Assembly (NCBI RefSeq): GCF_004010195.1
Contig: NC_057752.1
Coordinates: forward strand, 5,213,121-5,248,463
DNA from: Chiloscyllium plagiosum
Taxonomy: Eukaryota
DNA: 35,343 bases
Direction of reading: 5' to 3'
Positions 32,015 to 35,343 of this stretch are shown here, piece by piece. The notes under the pieces are model-generated. The model was not told where the DNA came from and did not search any database. It saw only the letters and a program-made list of their open reading frames with translations. The position numbers and the translations under genes were made by a program. Each line of letters begins with the position of its first letter. Within the stretch, counting starts at the first letter, position 1.

Positions 32015-33415
32015 AGTGGTTTGTGGAAATGACATTTTTCTGGATAGCAAAGAAGAGAGGCACCTATGAATTTGTTTTCAAGTCTAACTGTTTGGCGAGT
32101 GATTACCCTATAGTCAAATTGCTAGCACAGAGGTCCACTACAACTGTTTTGCACTAATCAACTTATTGGTACATTAGTCCTATATTGGTTATTTGTGCCT
32201 TTTTTTTTAGTTTGTACTAGTTCTGGCATCAACTGGATTCCAAAATATTTCAAAAGAGGAGAAGAAAGGAAGGAGACCTACCAATTTTGCACTGTAGAAG
32301 TCATTATAAAGCAGTTTTATTCAGGAATGTATTCATCAATTGACTACTACAATCTGCAACATACGGTTCCTGATGGGGGGGGTGTCACTCTTTTGTAGTC
32401 TTTTTAGCTTTATTAAGGATTGCCACTCTACTGGAATACAATGGTTGCAGTCTCTTATGAGGTGAATTCATTTTTCTGACGGACTTTTTAATGTTTGCAT
32501 TTTGTGCTGCCTATACTATCACAAATTTTGTGATCGGGTAAAATTTAGAAGTGTTGGACTGCTGAAATCCTTGTACGCACTTACTAAAATTGTTTATAAA
32601 TCCAGCTATTCAACTGAAATAGCCAAAACAAAACAGTACATTTTGTAATGTGTTTATTACTAAAGCTGCCAATTATAACACCTCCAATTATATATTTTTA
32701 CTTTTGATTTAGAATAATGCTGAAGCCTCTTTTTGAAATGGGTCTTTTTCCGCTGACTGATCTTTGATAAGAAGCCCTTGACTTGAAGCCACTTTTCCCA
32801 TCCTTCCTACTAAAGTAAGCTTTTGACTGAGTTTGAACAAAGGTAATACCAAGAAAATGCTGCTCTTCGAGATAGATAGTAACCTGCTTTAAGCTGAATT
32901 ATGCTGCAATGTGAATTTTATTTGCAAAGGAAAGATAGGTTATTGCAAAACATTTTGGTGTATATTTAGATCAAATGTAAAGTTTAGGAAGTTTGTTTTT
33001 TGTTAACTTGAATAAAGCTGAGTTACTTATTTAAATGGTAAATTCTGGCACACAGGATGTAAGACTAATGACCCTGATCCAATCAGTGTGCAGGAGCAAT
33101 TGTAATTTCTGACTAATGAAGATTTTTTTATATTTGTATTTAAGATTTACTTATAATTTTTGAAGAAATTGTTTGGTCTTGTTTTTGATATTTCTTTACT
33201 AAGCAATTGGTTGAATCATTGCACGTAATGGCATATTTTGTGTCTGTTATGTAGTAACTGAGTGAGTGCCACAGAGCAGCCAGGCTTTACCAGTACAACT
33301 GGAGAGATTTCTCTCCAATAATTTATCTGTCAGGTGACCTCCCTGTTGTTTAATTTATGCAATCATCTTGTGGAATAAAGATTTTCCAATAAATTTAAGT
33401 AAACCAGAAATTCCA
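32015..33415 (+). other. 3' UTR, AT-rich, no recognisable transposon; may extend to ~34020
   Basis: Follows the stop codon. AATAAA at 33011, 33374 and 33388; ATTAAA at 33995. Confidence 0.6.
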
Positions 33416-33427
33416 TTTTTTTTTTTT
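33374..33427 (+). terminator. Candidate polyadenylation site
   Basis: Tandem AATAAA (33374-33379, 33388-33393), a CA about 20 nt downstream (33414-33415), then a T-run. Confidence 0.5.
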
Positions 33428-33492
33428 GTAAAGGGGTTTCATCTCCCTGTTGTTTCTATTTGGTCAGAAGCAACTTAATGTTGTGCTGTTAA

Positions 33493-33520
33493 CTCTCAGA
33501 AATTATCTCTCAGAAATTAT
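33493..33520. repeat. Perfect 14-bp tandem duplication ctctcagaaattat x2
   Basis: Read directly. Confidence 0.9.
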
Positions 33521-34385
33521 ATAACATTGAACTTCAGTGGGTGAATTGCATTTTCTTCTTGTGCCCTTCTTCTGACTATTGATGCTGTATTGGTATTCTG
33601 GTGAAGCTCATCTGTTCAATGACTTGTCTAGTGAAATTAAATTCATAAGAGTAAAATATTGTTTTCTTAAATGGGGGCCAAATTTATATGGATGTACTTG
33701 TTCACATTGCTGTTGATGCTGTGCCTTTTGAATTGTTTGCTTTTGCTTAATCTGACCTCTTGTCTTGTGCCCTCCATAGATGTCATTTGGATCCTGAAAT
33801 GTTGGCTGATTGAATGAATGGTTTATCACTTAACTGCATTTCTTTTGTAGTCAGCATATTTCTTGTCTAGATCATTTGCTTTTGTGTTGGATTACCTGTT
33901 GGATTGACTGTTTTTGTGAAATTTTCAGTTTAAAAAAAAGCGGTCTGTGAAGTATTATGTGGAACTATTTTGTAGAATTTGCTTGTTTTGATTTATTAAA
34001 ATATTGTGGAATGTTCTATCACGTAAATTTTCTTGAGCAACATTTAAAACAAGGAAATTGTTTGAAGTAGCCTCCGTTCTAAGAGCTTAGAATATCAAAT
34101 TTTACCAACAAAGTTGTTTAGACTGACCATTTTTCTGCTGAAGCAACCACATAATATGTACCTTACACTGTAATGAGTGCTTTTTCTACCATAAAGCTTC
34201 CGTGGGTGGACACTTTTCTCAGCAGCAAGTGTGAGAAGTGTTTCTTCAATTCTAGTTCCACTTCCCTTCCCCGAGGGTGTTGGCAGGTAAGGTGTGCACA
34301 GGCTTTTGCTCCTTTTTATTTTGAAAAAGATATGTGGAAATATCTGTGGATGACTTTTTGATACTAGATATTAATTTGATAAAGG

Positions 34386-35108
34386 AGGAAGAAAGTGAGG
34401 TCTGCAGATGCTGGAGATCAGAGCTGAAAATGTGTTGCTGGAAAAGCGCAGCAGGTCGGGCAGCATCCAGGGAACAGGACAATCGACGTTTCTGGCGTAA
34501 GCCCTTCTTCAGGAATGAGGAAAGTTTGCCCAGCAGGCTAAGATAAAAGGTAGGGAGGAGGGACTTGGGGGAGGGGCGTCAGAAATGTGATAGGTGGAAA
34601 GAGGTCAAGGTGAGGGTGATAAGTCAGACTGGGGTGGGGGCGGAGAGGTCGGGAAGAAGATTGCAGGTTAGGAAGGCGGTGCTGAATTCGATGGATTTGA
34701 CTGAGACAAGGTGGGGGGAGGGGAAATGAGGAAACTGGTGAAACCCGAGTTCATCCCTTGTGGTTGGAGGGTCCCTAGGCGGAAGATGAGGCGCTCTTCC
34801 TCCAACCATCATGTTGTTGTGGTCTGGCGATGGAGGAGCCCAAAGACCTGCACATCCTTGGTGGAGTGGGAGGGGGAGTTGAAATGTTGAGCCACAGGGT
34901 GGTTGGGTTGGTTGGAAGGGGTGTCCCAGAGGTGTTCTCTGAAACACTCCGCAAGTAGCCGGCCTGTCTCCCCAATATAGAGGAGGCCACATCGGGTACA
35001 GAGGATGCAATAGATGATATGTGTGGAGGTACAGGTGAATCTGTGGCGGATATGGAAATTTCCTTTGGGGCCTTGGAGGGAGGTGAGAGGGGAGGTGTGG
35101 GCGCAAGT
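34386..35108 (-). mobile_element. Young 5'-truncated Penelope-like retroelement (probably Neptune-type): GIY-YIG endonuclease, 3' UTR and hammerhead terminus
   Basis: A minus-strand frame absent from the ORF track reads TCAHTSPLTSLQGPKGNFHIRHRFTCTSTHIIYCILCTRCGLLYIGETGRLLAECFREHL...PVAQHFNSPSH..*WLEEERLIFRLGTLQPQGMN, with one premature TGA at 34811-34809. Confidence 0.92.
34480..34517 (-). ncRNA. Minimal hammerhead ribozyme motif in the Penelope terminus
   Basis: The minus strand reads cauuc CUGAAGA a gggc uuac gcca GAAA c GUC gauug. Stem I cauuc/gauug pairs 4 of 5; stem II has one mismatch. Confidence 0.62.
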
Positions 35109-35343
35109 CTATCCCAGTCCCAGCACCCCCTCCTACCCAGATTCATGCTGTCACTGACGTCTTCCTCATCTTCAAAACCAACATCATATCGGCATTGCCA
35201 CTTCACTACCTCGGAATACCTCGAACATGTACCAACACCAACAGCCATGCAAAACTTAAATCTCTCACTCAATCCTTCCCTTTCTGCCATTCCAGGAGAT
35301 GAGAGAACACTGGAGGGCAGAAAGCTCTTGGATTGGTGGAGAG

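Noticed and set aside
179..35290. ORF-track ORFs as standalone genes (e.g. 24701..25183, 29987..30469, 34624..35106, 34775..35290)
   Set aside because: They are short and are either LINE/Penelope/SINE fragments or off-frame readings of them. The only host gene is spliced.
35109..35343. Exon of a neighbouring gene after the Penelope element
   Set aside because: No recognisable protein motif or convincing splice sites, and it is truncated by the window edge.

Overview
Eukaryotic (vertebrate) genomic DNA. The repeat content (V-SINE/HE1-like SINEs, Deu-domain SINEs, CR1 LINEs, Penelope-like elements) points to a cartilaginous fish; this is inference. The window holds one complete 8-exon + strand gene, which the ORF track misses because it is spliced. 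Its CDS exons are 3028-3079, 5700-5771, 7081-7148, 13289-13371, 16242-16298, 24217-24264, 29565-29646 and 31928-32014 (549 nt, all GT-AG). They encode a 182-aa Rheb-family GTPase, most like RHEBL1: [183 protein letters not shown] perfect CLEAR/E-box palindrome lies just upstream of the ATG. Introns and flanks are filled with CR1 and L2 LINE fragments, SINEs, a Harbinger transposase relic and at least three Penelope-like (GIY-YIG) families. The most striking non-genic signal is a set of short Penelope-derived units carrying minimal hammerhead-ribozyme cores. Several have target-site duplications and inverted ends, and four lie in the sense orientation of the pre-mRNA. Repeat boundaries were read by eye and are approximate; family names come from recalled motifs, not a database search.
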